From: a virus
Virus record (IMG/VR): IMGVR_UViG_3300028029_000124
Reading direction: 5' to 3' (one strand)
DNA: 64,000 nt
This document shows positions 18,797 through 29,255 of this stretch, one piece after another. The position numbers were made by a program, and so were the translations under genes. The first letter of the stretch is position 1; every line of letters begins with the position of its first letter. The notes below the pieces were generated by a model, which saw only the letters and a list, made by a program, of their open reading frames with translations, made no database searches and was not told where the DNA came from.

Positions 18797-18902
18797 TGTT
18801 GTGCTCGCCCGGTACAGGCAATAGGAGATCCCTGTATCGGTGCCTCCCTATATTCCTTAGCCTACCATAGTAACAAGGAACATAGTACATGCGCTCTTTG
18901 CG

Positions 18903-19544
18903 CTAGTTGTGCTCTAACACGACTGTTCCGGCTACTTGTGCCGTGCCTCCAGAAAAAGTAAGTACTAGAGATATTTCGATGTCCGAATCGGCAGCGAAAT
19001 CTGTAGCTTCTCCGGTAAAGTCGAAGGTTCTTGTTTGGTGCACACCTATGGCGGTGGCGGTAGTGACTTCTGCTGCAGGCAAAGCTCCCCGTGAGTGAAA
19101 CACCCTTACCGTAGCACCGGTTATTTCTCTATCTGGGCTAATACTTACGGATTTTACTCTTCCTGCATACCCCATCACTAATTTAGAGTGTGGGTCCAGT
19201 TTAGAGCCCTCATAATATTGTACCCAACTAATGAATACGTTTGTCCCTACTTGCCCTAGGGACACTCCGTGAGCGAAAGACCTGGATCCTAGTCGGATAT
19301 ACTCTGAGCGTGGGGGGAACGGGGCGATGTCTCCCGCAGAAAGGATCCTGTCTCCGTATACTCCCGTACCGTCAGACCTGTAAACCGTTACAGTGGTTAT
19401 TTTTCCTACGAGTAAGTCATGTATACGAAATATGTCACCTATTCGCACCCCTCCTCGCAATAAGTGTATTTCTCCGTTCCCTGCTGTGCTCCAATACGCG
19501 TCGGATAGGGGTATGCCTCCAGCAGTCAATAATACTCTGTCCAT
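18903..19544 (-). CDS. Beta-rich structural/accessory protein
   Basis: Abuts the upstream gene; lies between the two fibre paralogs. Confidence 0.6.
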   Translation of the reverse strand: MDRVLLTAGGIPLSDAYWSTAGNGEIHLLRGGVRIGDIFRIHDLLVGKITTVTVYRSDGTGVYGDRILSAGDIAPFPPRSEYIRLGSRSFAHGVSLGQVGTNVFISWVQYYEGSKLDPHSKLVMGYAGRVKSVSISPDREITGATVRVFHSRGALPAAEVTTATAIGVHQTRTFDFTGEATDFAADSDIEISLVLTFSGGTAQVAGTVVLEHN

Positions 19545-21806
19545 CTAGTACACTTCCGTGTTTATGAATGAAGCAGTAACCAGTCCGCCCGCTGCGGAAT
19601 CGTCACACTGCGCGAATGTTCCTGTGCCTGGAAAAGTAGCAGATGCTGAGGACCCTGCGGTTCCTGACGTGCCTAAGTAATCTCCCGCGGTTGCAGCATT
19701 CGTTACTTTCACTGTGAATCTACCTGCTATAACCAACCATACCTCAGCATTGTTTGCTCCGCCTATGGCTACAGGGTAAACAACGTCAGTGTTGTCGGCT
19801 GTAGTGGTAGTGGTTACAGAATTAGCGTTAAATATATCCATGACTGCTAAGTCGTTCACCGCTAATGGTCCACCGGACCTGTTCGTTTTAGCTATACAAA
19901 TAGCTTCTCCGATGAATCTAATAGATGCCGCTTTTACTACTTTTCCTGTAGATCCACTAAATAGTGCTACTTCATTATCTACAGAGCTTGCTGGGCCAGT
20001 AACGTCTCCACCAGATATCTCCGTCCAATCGGTTCCCTCTCCCGCTACGTCTGACGTGTTTATCCACACTGCCCCGGCTGTACCGTCCGCGACTTGTGTG
20101 TTCCTCAAGTATAGCGATGCAGGTCTAGCAGATATTGCTGTTGCATCTGGGTCACTTGTGCCTACAAGCATCTGTGCTGCGGATCCATTGCTTCCCCCCG
20201 TAGATAGTTCCACGATGTGTTCATCGTCACCGTTACTAGAACCTGCTAACGAGACGAACCCAGGCACTCCAGCAGTCTCTAGTCCTGGTCGCAACACTAC
20301 GTTGCCGCCAGTAGCACCAGTAGCTCCTGCTGAACCTGCGGATATGACAACATCTTCTCCGGACGAGGACCCGTTTGCGTCACCTACGGTGATGGAAATT
20401 TCTCCTCCTGCGTTGTTTCCTCCCGTGGCGGACCCGGAAGTGATGTTTACTGAGTTGCCTGCTGCTGCGGGCTCGTCTCCTGCGGTGATGTTTACAGCGT
20501 CCGCGGCAAGTAGGTCTAAGTTTCCAGACGTTTCCGTAGAGACAGTGAACGTACCAGTGGTTACTGTGATGTTTGATGCGCCAGTACCATCGATGGAGAA
20601 AGTCCCTCCAGACAGAAGGTCGAATGTGCCCGCGACATCCACATCCATATTCGTTCCGGCATTTACGTCCAACACAGTGCCAGATGTTATATCTACGTCT
20701 TGTCCGGCAGATAGCGAAGCGTTGCCTGCGGAGGCCCCCACTGATATGTTGCCCGCAGATACTGTGAAATTAGACGTGGCGCCGGCGTCTAGGGACACCG
20801 CCCCTGCCATGAGTACGTCGAAGGTAGTCCCGTCGAAATCCTGTATCGGAGCATCTACGTCGAATATCAAGGCGGCTCCCGCCACCTGCACACTCGTCGC
20901 CTCCGTGACAACAAACATATTCGCACTCAAACTGTCCCGCAACCTCCAGGCGCGAGTAGCTGCCAGATTCACGGTAGCGTTGGTAGCTACTGTTACTGTG
21001 CTTGTGCCTTGGTTGTCGTACGCGTTTTGGCGTGTAACGTCTACCGCCGCTGCCTGGTCGACCAGGCCACCTGGCCAGGGAGCGAAACACTCTTCTGGGA
21101 CGGACTCCAGTGTACTCCTAGCGACATACCCGTACTCGATGGTGAGCCCTGCTGCTGCTGTGGTCAGATCGAAGCCGTTACGTCCAGCGTTGACTACGAC
21201 AAGCGAAATCTGAACTCCGTCTGCCCCGTTGTCGAAAGCGTTACCGTTTGTGGCCGTGCTGGGGCCCTGGAGTAGACCGTATACTTGGTCGCCTCCAGGA
21301 GTAGAGACCACGTCCCCTGTGGCAGTATCTACTAGTACACAAAGATTCTTAGGTGCCAGTGCGTTCTGTCCAGGCACGACCACTGAAGAATTACCTGTAC
21401 CTACTGCTCCAGCGAGTTGGGCAGTGATGGCACCAGAAGTCGTCACAGCTCCAATGGCAGATACTTCTGTAGGTACCTGTCCAGGAGAAGCCAGAGTAAC
21501 TACGTTTGCTCCTCCCCCAACTACAATATCGGCAAGGGTAGATACCCGGCAGAGTATTGTTTTCCCTTCGAGGTCAGATAAGTCAGAATCTAATTCAATG
21601 ACGCCTCGCGCGGTTACTGCGTCGTACCAGTGCTCTCCTCCTGTGGGAACAATTCCGTGAATTAGTTTGTTTACTTGTGATCTAATCGCGTTGTAATCGA
21701 ACTCCCCGCTAGATGCTGCGGTCTGTAGTGCAGCGAGCCCGGTGCCTAATGTGTCCGTGTACGTGTCAGAAGGGAGTAGCTGAGTAGATTGTCGTGTTGC
21801 CACCAT
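19545..21806 (-). CDS. Gly-rich fibre/spike-like protein (753 aa), paralog of 15122..18796
   Basis: Shared N-terminus, shorter repeat region, different C-terminal module. Confidence 0.75.
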   Translation of the reverse strand: MVATRQSTQLLPSDTYTDTLGTGLAALQTAASSGEFDYNAIRSQVNKLIHGIVPTGGEHWYDAVTARGVIELDSDLSDLEGKTILCRVSTLADIVVGGGANVVTLASPGQVPTEVSAIGAVTTSGAITAQLAGAVGTGNSSVVVPGQNALAPKNLCVLVDTATGDVVSTPGGDQVYGLLQGPSTATNGNAFDNGADGVQISLVVVNAGRNGFDLTTAAAGLTIEYGYVARSTLESVPEECFAPWPGGLVDQAAAVDVTRQNAYDNQGTSTVTVATNATVNLAATRAWRLRDSLSANMFVVTEATSVQVAGAALIFDVDAPIQDFDGTTFDVLMAGAVSLDAGATSNFTVSAGNISVGASAGNASLSAGQDVDITSGTVLDVNAGTNMDVDVAGTFDLLSGGTFSIDGTGASNITVTTGTFTVSTETSGNLDLLAADAVNITAGDEPAAAGNSVNITSGSATGGNNAGGEISITVGDANGSSSGEDVVISAGSAGATGATGGNVVLRPGLETAGVPGFVSLAGSSNGDDEHIVELSTGGSNGSAAQMLVGTSDPDATAISARPASLYLRNTQVADGTAGAVWINTSDVAGEGTDWTEISGGDVTGPASSVDNEVALFSGSTGKVVKAASIRFIGEAICIAKTNRSGGPLAVNDLAVMDIFNANSVTTTTTADNTDVVYPVAIGGANNAEVWLVIAGRFTVKVTNAATAGDYLGTSGTAGSSASATFPGTGTFAQCDDSAAGGLVTASFINTEVY
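20394..21806. repeat. ~1.4-kb near-identical direct repeat, copy 2
   Basis: Matches 17384-18796. Confidence 0.95.
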
Positions 21807-21819
21807 CTCGCTGTCAGTC

Positions 21820-22809
21820 CTACGCCGGTATGTACCTGACTTCTAGGAAATCTCCTATACTTGGAGGTATTGATGTTGTGAAAGACACTACAGTTGTTCC
21901 CGGTGTGCCTCCTGGCGCTGTGGTGTAATCTACTCCTGGGTCTTCTCTTAGCCCGTTTCGGCTGTACTCCAAACGCGCTCCGTTAGCCCCTTGGTCCACA
22001 GCATCCACTCCTCCAGGAAAAGTAAATACTTGATTTGCCCCGTTTACTGGGCCCACAGGTTGTGCTGTAAGTACGGGACCTACGGCGACCCACCCTGCGT
22101 TACTGGGAGCGACACCTAAAAATTGCCAAAACGTGGAAGTGTTGTTTGACAGCCTAGCGTACAGCTCGCCGGAAGATAGTGCCAGTACGTTACCTTCAGG
22201 GACCAGTGGGCCTGAAGGTATTCCTGCCCCTGATATGGCCACGTCCACGGACCCTGCGCCGTTGGGGGTTACGAGCACGCCACCGCCCACAAAATTCATA
22301 TTTGCTACAGCGGGATCGACGATAACTCCCTCGTCCTCTACTGTTAGGCTACCTCCACCACCTCCACCACCTCCGTTGCCGTACACTAGTGGGATTGTCC
22401 AATCAGAGTTTCCCGTTTTAGGGATTGCCATGACCGTAGCTCCGTCGTCGGACAATACGATGGGGGCTATCAATCCGTCATTGTACGTATCTGTTCCCTG
22501 CAGCGCAACAGTTACGGAGTTTCCTGACGTACCTGCGTTGATGGCGACAACCTGGAAATATGTCCCTCCGTTCACTAGCTCCCCGGCAGGCATCTGTACG
22601 GTGAACGATCCGGCAGAAGAGTCAGCAATTATTAGGGCGCCCAGATCTCCTGTGCCTAACACAGTAGCAGAGGAGACAAATACTTGTCTCCTGTACGGCA
22701 ATCCCGCAGCGGCAAGCGTTCCCGGCAACACGCGACAAGTATCCCCCGCACAAGAGAAAAAAGCAACTGCTGTGTGTTTCTCTTGAGCTGTCGGGGAAGA
22801 TGCAAGCAA
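21820..22809 (-). CDS. Fibre-associated structural protein
   Basis: Beta-rich with a poly-Gly linker (GNGGGGGGGGS); start position uncertain. Confidence 0.6.
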   Translation of the reverse strand: MLASSPTAQEKHTAVAFFSCAGDTCRVLPGTLAAAGLPYRRQVFVSSATVLGTGDLGALIIADSSAGSFTVQMPAGELVNGGTYFQVVAINAGTSGNSVTVALQGTDTYNDGLIAPIVLSDDGATVMAIPKTGNSDWTIPLVYGNGGGGGGGGSLTVEDEGVIVDPAVANMNFVGGGVLVTPNGAGSVDVAISGAGIPSGPLVPEGNVLALSSGELYARLSNNTSTFWQFLGVAPSNAGWVAVGPVLTAQPVGPVNGANQVFTFPGGVDAVDQGANGARLEYSRNGLREDPGVDYTTAPGGTPGTTVVSFTTSIPPSIGDFLEVRYIPA

Positions 22810-22830
22810 AACCCTGCTCTCCTGTGGTAG

Positions 22831-23550
22831 TTGTGGTTCTTGCTCAGCGCAAATAAGATATTACTTAGCCTACGTAATGGGGAATCCTTACACGAATTAC
22901 TAATCTTACGCCAAGATTTTTTGTGGTCAGATAGGCTCACGGTACCTAACGAGATAACTAGGGTATACAAGGGTATTTGTTGCGATTACCGCACAGCGGC
23001 ATCCTTGTGTTCTCTGTTGCCTGTAGACGTGGAGCAAGGTGCAACACACAGCAGTATGTCGGCAGACTACACACCTATGAGGTACCGTATGGAACTGCCT
23101 TCTACAGAGAGGGCAAAACACAGCAGCGACGTGTGGAATATTTACCCTGAAAATGCTGTGTTGTCCGCCACACCTAAGCGTAAGAGGAAGGAGGCAAATT
23201 GGTGTGTTTTGCTCATGTACGAATTTGCCTGTCCTGTAAAAAGCGCGGCTTTCTACGTGAACCCTCTAGACCTTTCTTGGGATCTCCCTACCGTGAAGCA
23301 GGAAGATAGAGGGCAGACTTTCTACACGTCCCACCTACCTTTGCCTGTGACTCTAGCATTTATTAGGATAGATAAGTTACCTGGTAGCCAAGAGGATAGG
23401 GTTACCTTCGCAAGAAAGTCTTTGTTGGCAGACATAGCAGAGAAGGTACCTAGGTACGATTGGGCACCACCAAAAAGAAAAATACAAAATACGTTTATAG
23501 GAAAAATCCCTAGGTTAGTATTCTGTAGGGGAGGCAATTGTGCTCCGTAA
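22831..23550 (+). CDS. Hypothetical protein
   Basis: 239-aa ORF overlapping the start of the RusA-like gene; start uncertain. Confidence 0.55.
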   Translation: MWFLLSANKILLSLRNGESLHELLILRQDFLWSDRLTVPNEITRVYKGICCDYRTAASLCSLLPVDVEQGATHSSMSADYTPMRYRMELPSTERAKHSSDVWNIYPENAVLSATPKRKRKEANWCVLLMYEFACPVKSAAFYVNPLDLSWDLPTVKQEDRGQTFYTSHLPLPVTLAFIRIDKLPGSQEDRVTFARKSLLADIAEKVPRYDWAPPKRKIQNTFIGKIPRLVFCRGGNCAP

Positions 23551-24037
23551 ACAAATAAAAACTTTTGTTCCGGAGGGACATTGCGTTAGTAAAGAAGATC
23601 GTCTACCTGTGGGGTCAGAATTATCTATAATTATTCGTCAGACAGCCAGGAAAAACATGTCACATAGGGCCGTCCCGTTTCGTACACGGCAAGGTAAACT
23701 TGCCGCGAAGTCTGTGCTCTCTGCGTCGTCCAGAGCTCTCAGGGAATATGTGTGTTTGTTATGTAAGGACAGTGGTTGGCCTGCTCGTATAGACTACGGG
23801 GAGTGGGCAATAGAGATATTTACTTACTGGAAGACAGTTAGGCACCTTCCTTCGGGTGACGGATCGCACATATTGCACCTACCTAACGGAGACATAGATG
23901 CACCTGTGACCCCTATCTTAGATGCAGTAAAATGTGCTGCATTCGACGACGATGCCAGAATATCCCCCCTTACGTCGGATCGGGCCGTGGATAAAGATGA
24001 CCCTAGGATATTGGTAACTGTGTTGCGGCACAGGTAG
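23540..24037 (+). CDS. rusA: RusA-like Holliday junction resolvase
   Basis: GDIDAPVTPILDAVK..AFDDDARI matches the RusA D.DN..K...D....DD..I pattern, with substitutions at the N and K positions. Confidence 0.7.
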   Translation: MLRKQIKTFVPEGHCVSKEDRLPVGSELSIIIRQTARKNMSHRAVPFRTRQGKLAAKSVLSASSRALREYVCLLCKDSGWPARIDYGEWAIEIFTYWKTVRHLPSGDGSHILHLPNGDIDAPVTPILDAVKCAAFDDDARISPLTSDRAVDKDDPRILVTVLRHR

Positions 24038-24127
24038 TGCTACTTACCTTCCGCGTAAGCTATCCATGCTATTAGCGCGCACCCTACAACTACTGCTGTC
24101 TGTACACCAAAACGTTTTTTATTTTTC

Positions 24128-25084
24128 TTAGTTTCCATGTTGTGTTCCTGCCAATACCTTAGAAATCTCTGCGGCTACTTCTTTGTTCTTACGTATCCAG
24201 CGTAGGCTCCAATATATTACCGTGTCCGCACCTTCTCTCTCTGCTGCCTGCACAGCCAGGCGAATTCTAGTCTTTGCGGACAGGTCCCCTAAAGCGTTTT
24301 TAGGTGATTGTCTATACGCGGCTAATCCTATAGCCATGTCCACGTTGCCGAAATTCTTCTTCCACCGGGTTACTTGTTTATGTACTAACGTACTAGGGTC
24401 TGCCCCGTTTCTTGTGGTGGAATACGCTTGCGGTACTATATAATCACATATATTAGCAATGGGTGCGAATTTATCTTGTGGTGTGTAGCCTATGCCGTTA
24501 GCTCCCATTCTACATGACCTACTAGCAAACTGCTTCTCTATCAGCTTTGCCGCTTCCGTGTAGTCCATAGCACCCTTGGCACGGGTCCACGGTTCCTCTA
24601 CGTCCCATTGGATGGATGTTGCCTCTGTAGCAGCGAGCAGCGGCAAAAGCACTGCTGCAGCTTGCTCTATGTATTCCTTATGGGGCATTACCCATGACAT
24701 CAAGTGCACCTCTATGCCTGCATCCCTAGCTATTTTTGCTAGTCTGACTATCTTTGTTTGGCTACGTACACTAAATTTTCTTTTGCTTCGCGACCTACTG
24801 TGGTCGTTCACTATTATGTCGAGTCTGTTGATTCCATGAGCGCGAGCAAAAGCTACGTCGCGCTCAGGGTTTCGTAGACTGGTTGTCCCGCACCACGCAC
24901 CTACCGTGGTTATCCTATTGCTACGCACGGCTGCCGTGGTTGGCTGCGTGGTTGTGGTGCTGTCTTTAGGGGTATGTGAAAGCTCGCGCATAAACTCAAC
25001 AAAAGGCATAGTTGTCGCTTTAGGCTCTTTTTCGTCGCTAGGGTAAAAGAAAGATAATATTAGTCGGTATGCCTTAGAAAACAT
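24128..25084 (-). CDS. Putative TIM-barrel glycoside hydrolase-like protein
   Basis: Alternating beta/alpha pattern with IQWDVEEPW, PQAYS and terminal IYWS motifs; family not resolved. Confidence 0.4.
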   Translation of the reverse strand: MFSKAYRLILSFFYPSDEKEPKATTMPFVEFMRELSHTPKDSTTTTQPTTAAVRSNRITTVGAWCGTTSLRNPERDVAFARAHGINRLDIIVNDHSRSRSKRKFSVRSQTKIVRLAKIARDAGIEVHLMSWVMPHKEYIEQAAAVLLPLLAATEATSIQWDVEEPWTRAKGAMDYTEAAKLIEKQFASRSCRMGANGIGYTPQDKFAPIANICDYIVPQAYSTTRNGADPSTLVHKQVTRWKKNFGNVDMAIGLAAYRQSPKNALGDLSAKTRIRLAVQAAEREGADTVIYWSLRWIRKNKEVAAEISKVLAGTQHGN

Positions 25085-25086
25085 GT

Positions 25087-27129
25087 TTACTTTTTGTTCA
25101 TGAGTAGAGCTATCGCAGCCATGGCTACAGTGCCCACCACCATTGCGCCTGCTCCGCCTGCGGGAGGTTTATTTCTTTTTCCCGGCAAAAGTGAGAAATT
25201 TGTTTTGTGTAGCACCTCAGACGTTGCTGGCGGCTCAGGTAACTTAGGGTCGCCCAGAACAGAAGGAGCAGAAAATTTCATACTTGCCATGCCGCACTCG
25301 CTCATGGGGGCTCCGGGCAAGCACGGAGGGTTCAGTTCATGTGGATCTAGTCCGCTTGCCTGCGCTAAACCTAACAATTCTCGCTTAGCACTGCCTTCTG
25401 GCATGTCTTGGTACCTAATATTTTTCCAACCACCTGACTGGAATATAGCAGTAACGGATTCGTACCATTTGTCTCGCAATTCTTTGTCCTGAAACGCGGA
25501 GAATCTTTGCCTGTTATCGTTGTCTGTGTCCCCCGAAACATACATGCACATGTTGGAAGACAGTGTAGCTGCCTGTCTACCTCTGAGGTTCCACAAAGCC
25601 TGAACAGGCACAGACTGGGATGTGTCGACATCTCCTGGCTCGGGCAGCCAAAACTGTTTGTTGTCTTTTCCCCGGGCCAGCGCGTCATATAGCTTCGGGT
25701 TATTTTTAGTGGGTAATCCTGAACAAACTCCTCCCAGTCCCGTACAAGAGTACTCCCTTAGCGCACCATAATTGCTGTTGCGTTTGTTTCCTTCGTACCA
25801 TACGTTTTTCCAACTACCTACACGAAAGTACAGATTGTACAAGTGTGCTAGAAGGTCTCTAGACGCACCTCTCCTGCCGGGACCTTCTGGGATAGACAGC
25901 ACGTCACCGCGCCTTTTTTTAGTACAATTACCTACCCCTTTTCTGGGGTCATTGCCGCGGAAATGTCCATCCAGACAGTAGAAAGTAGATGTCCAGGGGA
26001 TACCCGCAGGCGCCGATGTCCAACCTGCACGTATCTCTTGTGCTAGGCGAAGCATGCCATACACGTAGTCTTCCCAGGGAGACATTAATTTTACGGGGTC
26101 CACTGAAAACATGGCAGGACCGGGTGATAAGACCATAGACCACCACGTGGACGCTAGTCCAGAGGATGTCGGGTATAGCGACCCCATGTCCCGCACTGCT
26201 CCTGGGTCAAGGTTTATTTTGTCGCCTAGCCCGGTCCTCAGTCCGGTAGGGAAAAACAGGGACCTAGCCACATTTCCTGTACCTGGAACTAGGCCGAAGC
26301 CCCCTGTAGCTTGCCCTGCTACAATCCAGCCGCTCGCGCTGCTCCCTATATTTTCTGTGCCTAGCGATCCGTCCTCCATCACCCCTTTAGCATCGAACCC
26401 CAAATACTCCCCTCCTTGGAGTAGTTGATACGCAGGAGCAGCGATTCTTTGCGTATCGTTGTTGTCCATCAACCGAAACAGGTACTTAACATGTTCCTGG
26501 TCTCGCATAGGAGAGTACTCTGTTGCTGTCACAGGTACGCTGAATTTTCGGGCGAATTCTTTCTGTACCACGCTGAGTTTGGCATCACGTGACGCCTTCA
26601 CCAGGTTTGTTACTATCTTACATAGGCCAATTACTATGCGAATTATCCAACCGACTATTGGTATCTTAGTTAGTCCGTTAATTACTTTGGTGAAAACATC
26701 TGCTGCCACCACCCCGCCTACAACATCTAACACGCGAAGTAGGGAAGATGTTTCTTGTGAGTATATTGGGCCCATCCCACGTAGATTTTCAGACAGTATT
26801 CCCACTGTCTGAGTCATTTTCCCCAGCATCTGCTTTGTGGCGTCCGCCAAGTCGAACAGTCCAGTATCTGTCACGCCTCCCCACAACAAAGTAAAAACTT
26901 CCTTGTCGCCTAGACGCATGTCTGACCCCGCTGCCTGCAGTCTGGCGAGGGTAGCGCTGTCGGCACCTACTACAACCCCCGCAGGATCAGCATTCGCCAA
27001 ATTCACCAGGTCGCCTAGTGATGGCGGCATGTTAGTTTTCCACGTATAAGCTAAGTCTGAACGTACTTCCCCCTGAAAAATTTCTCTTCCCCACTCAGTG
27101 TTTCGCATGTCTGTGTTTGATATGATCAT
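25087..27129 (-). CDS. Large protein with C-terminal membrane anchor
   Basis: 680 aa; ends AMVVGTVAMAAIALLMNKK; internal amphipathic IPIVGWIIRIVIGL segment. Confidence 0.75.
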   Translation of the reverse strand: MIISNTDMRNTEWGREIFQGEVRSDLAYTWKTNMPPSLGDLVNLANADPAGVVVGADSATLARLQAAGSDMRLGDKEVFTLLWGGVTDTGLFDLADATKQMLGKMTQTVGILSENLRGMGPIYSQETSSLLRVLDVVGGVVAADVFTKVINGLTKIPIVGWIIRIVIGLCKIVTNLVKASRDAKLSVVQKEFARKFSVPVTATEYSPMRDQEHVKYLFRLMDNNDTQRIAAPAYQLLQGGEYLGFDAKGVMEDGSLGTENIGSSASGWIVAGQATGGFGLVPGTGNVARSLFFPTGLRTGLGDKINLDPGAVRDMGSLYPTSSGLASTWWSMVLSPGPAMFSVDPVKLMSPWEDYVYGMLRLAQEIRAGWTSAPAGIPWTSTFYCLDGHFRGNDPRKGVGNCTKKRRGDVLSIPEGPGRRGASRDLLAHLYNLYFRVGSWKNVWYEGNKRNSNYGALREYSCTGLGGVCSGLPTKNNPKLYDALARGKDNKQFWLPEPGDVDTSQSVPVQALWNLRGRQAATLSSNMCMYVSGDTDNDNRQRFSAFQDKELRDKWYESVTAIFQSGGWKNIRYQDMPEGSAKRELLGLAQASGLDPHELNPPCLPGAPMSECGMASMKFSAPSVLGDPKLPEPPATSEVLHKTNFSLLPGKRNKPPAGGAGAMVVGTVAMAAIALLMNKK

Positions 27130-27695
27130 GTTACTACCTGAATCTTACACACCCTTTTTACGTATAGTCGTATGGTTCGGTTCCATATAGCTATATCACT
27201 TTGCGATATGTTGGCGCGGCTATCTGAATCAGCCAAAGGGAATAGGTCTAGGGGGAATCCAGGGTAAGCTTTACCTATGGCGTACTTTGCAGCACTAACC
27301 ATGCGTGGGTTAGGTACAGATATGACGAAGCCCCCATCTCCTTTGCTCGTCTGTTTGAACGGATTATCTACAGGTTTTCCAGCTACTCGAAAAGGTAAGC
27401 ACGCGCCTTCTGGGCCCAATATAGCTACCTCTTCTTCCATGAGTCTGGCCAAGTAATCCTCAGAACCAGAATTCCAATACTCTACACAATCACCATTTTG
27501 GGTGTACGCGTACATAGACCCAGAGGCAGGGTTTTTTGGTGAGCACCAGCTGCCTTGTCCGGTATCGTTCCCTTTAGTGGAACCGCCATTAGGGGGGGCA
27601 GAACGGAACACAACCACACTGTTGCTTTTCGGCTTATTCTTTTTATTTTTCCCGCCGAAAAGAACTATGGCTAGGAGAGGAAGTATAAATAGCAT
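27126..27695 (-). CDS. N-terminally membrane-anchored protein
   Basis: MLFILPLLAIVLFGG then KNKKNKPK. Confidence 0.75.
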   Translation of the reverse strand: MLFILPLLAIVLFGGKNKKNKPKSNSVVVFRSAPPNGGSTKGNDTGQGSWCSPKNPASGSMYAYTQNGDCVEYWNSGSEDYLARLMEEEVAILGPEGACLPFRVAGKPVDNPFKQTSKGDGGFVISVPNPRMVSAAKYAIGKAYPGFPLDLFPLADSDSRANISQSDIAIWNRTIRLYVKRVCKIQVVT

Positions 27696-27773
27696 TAGGT
27701 ACCCTCCCCTAGCCTCGCACGTAATTCAATTATTTGCTAGCTAATAGCTGCTGCTAGCCCTTACACCTAGTTG

Positions 27774-28379
27774 TTACGTATCAGATATAAAATATCTGGC
27801 TGCCCTAGTGTTGCCTCGGCAGAATACTTTGTTGTCGTCGCGCAGTCGAGAAAGAGACCTAGCTACGCTAGGTCGACGAGCCTGTATTTTCTCCGCAATT
27901 TCCCGCACACCTACACCGGAATCCTCTTCTTCTGTATCTTGTTTCCCCACCATATAGCGAAACACTGCTGAATCCAATGTCTCTGCGGCTACTGCGGCTG
28001 GGCGACCGTCCCCGCTGGATTTTTTGCCTGCGTGGGCAGGCAAAACACCTTCTCGAACGAAGAACAAAATATCTCCTAGAGATAGTGCACGCACTGCGTC
28101 GTAGCTATGCACAGGCATCTTGCTTACTAGTTTGTCTACCTTGTCCAACACAGAAAAGATTTGTTTCTCTTGGTGGTAACCTAGACCGGTACCGCACTCC
28201 TCGTCATCCCGTAACAAAAGCAAGATGTCACTAAGTGTAAGGTCTCTCACTTCTTCGTATGCCGAGGCGCACATTTGGCCTACAAGGGTCCCGACCTTTT
28301 TTAGTCCGTCTTCACCCACAATTTTTTTATTTGCTGTCTTTTTTTCTTTCATGTTTGCTCCGACTTCTGCTTCGCGCAA
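27774..28379 (-). CDS. Protein with C-terminal winged helix-turn-helix
   Basis: VGVREIAEKIQARRPSVARSLSRLRDDNKV...ARYF; start may be MKEKK at 28352. Confidence 0.6.
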   Translation of the reverse strand: MREAEVGANMKEKKTANKKIVGEDGLKKVGTLVGQMCASAYEEVRDLTLSDILLLLRDDEECGTGLGYHQEKQIFSVLDKVDKLVSKMPVHSYDAVRALSLGDILFFVREGVLPAHAGKKSSGDGRPAAVAAETLDSAVFRYMVGKQDTEEEDSGVGVREIAEKIQARRPSVARSLSRLRDDNKVFCRGNTRAARYFISDT

Positions 28380-28487
28380 TGTGCGCTTTACCTAGGTTTA
28401 TTTTAGGTGACGTTCATAGCTTCGGACATTACCGGCATAAAAGTAAAAAAGCAACCTAATGGGCGGAATTATTGTGAGAAAAGTAAT

Positions 28488-29192
28488 TTATTTTCCTTTT
28501 ATGAGAACTGCGACGGCCCCCGCGATTATCGCGGCCCCTACTAGCCCTACCATGCCGCTTGACTTCCTTACGTCACTTACTATCTCCGCGGCCCCTCTTC
28601 CAACAGCAACACCGAATCTCTCTGCCGCAAAGTAATATTCGTACAACACATAATTTATCTCGTTGACCATTGCGTCATAACCAACGGAGTTACTATACAC
28701 TGCGCTGGCGTAGAGGTAATTTTTATATATTCTTGCTGGCTCACAAAAGTCTGATCCTGTATGTATCCATTTACTTGTAGGGTCAGTTATGACTAGGTAC
28801 CTAGACCCCCGCAATATTGGGGCATACACATTGTCTATGAGCAACCTCCTGGCGTCTTCTGCACCTAGTTTGCTGGCTACCTCTAGTGTGTCTTTATAGT
28901 GATCTAATCTTGCACCTAGTCGCGCTAGATCGTCTTCTCCTACCCAATTGACTCCGTGAGGCGGGCGGAAATACTTGGTGTTGTCGGCGACCAATGACAA
29001 TAAATTTTTATGTACCAGATCTAGTTCGGTAACTAGTTCTGTCATGTGTTGTAGGTCTATGCGGTCAGGGTTTTCCTCTGTGTGAGGTTTTCCTGACTTA
29101 CTAGTCGCTAAACCTACAACCAATTGGTCTTTTAGTGCATTGCAACTATATAGCTTAGCTAACGCAAGGTCATATTTACTTAATTTAGGCAT
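28488..29192 (-). CDS. Protein with C-terminal membrane anchor
   Basis: Ends MVGLVGAAIIAGAVAVLIKGK. Confidence 0.75.
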   Translation of the reverse strand: MPKLSKYDLALAKLYSCNALKDQLVVGLATSKSGKPHTEENPDRIDLQHMTELVTELDLVHKNLLSLVADNTKYFRPPHGVNWVGEDDLARLGARLDHYKDTLEVASKLGAEDARRLLIDNVYAPILRGSRYLVITDPTSKWIHTGSDFCEPARIYKNYLYASAVYSNSVGYDAMVNEINYVLYEYYFAAERFGVAVGRGAAEIVSDVRKSSGMVGLVGAAIIAGAVAVLIKGK

Positions 29193-29255
29193 AGTGTGCT
29201 TGCGGTTACCGTAGATGTATTGTTAGTGAGCCGAACCGGCTTACTTTTTGCCCTT

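Noticed and set aside
16299-21213. Long antisense ORFs 16299..18203 and 19789..21213
   Set aside because: Mirror frames of Gly/Ala/Thr-rich fibre genes; they are duplicated exactly with the sense gene and have Pro/Ser-rich antisense composition.
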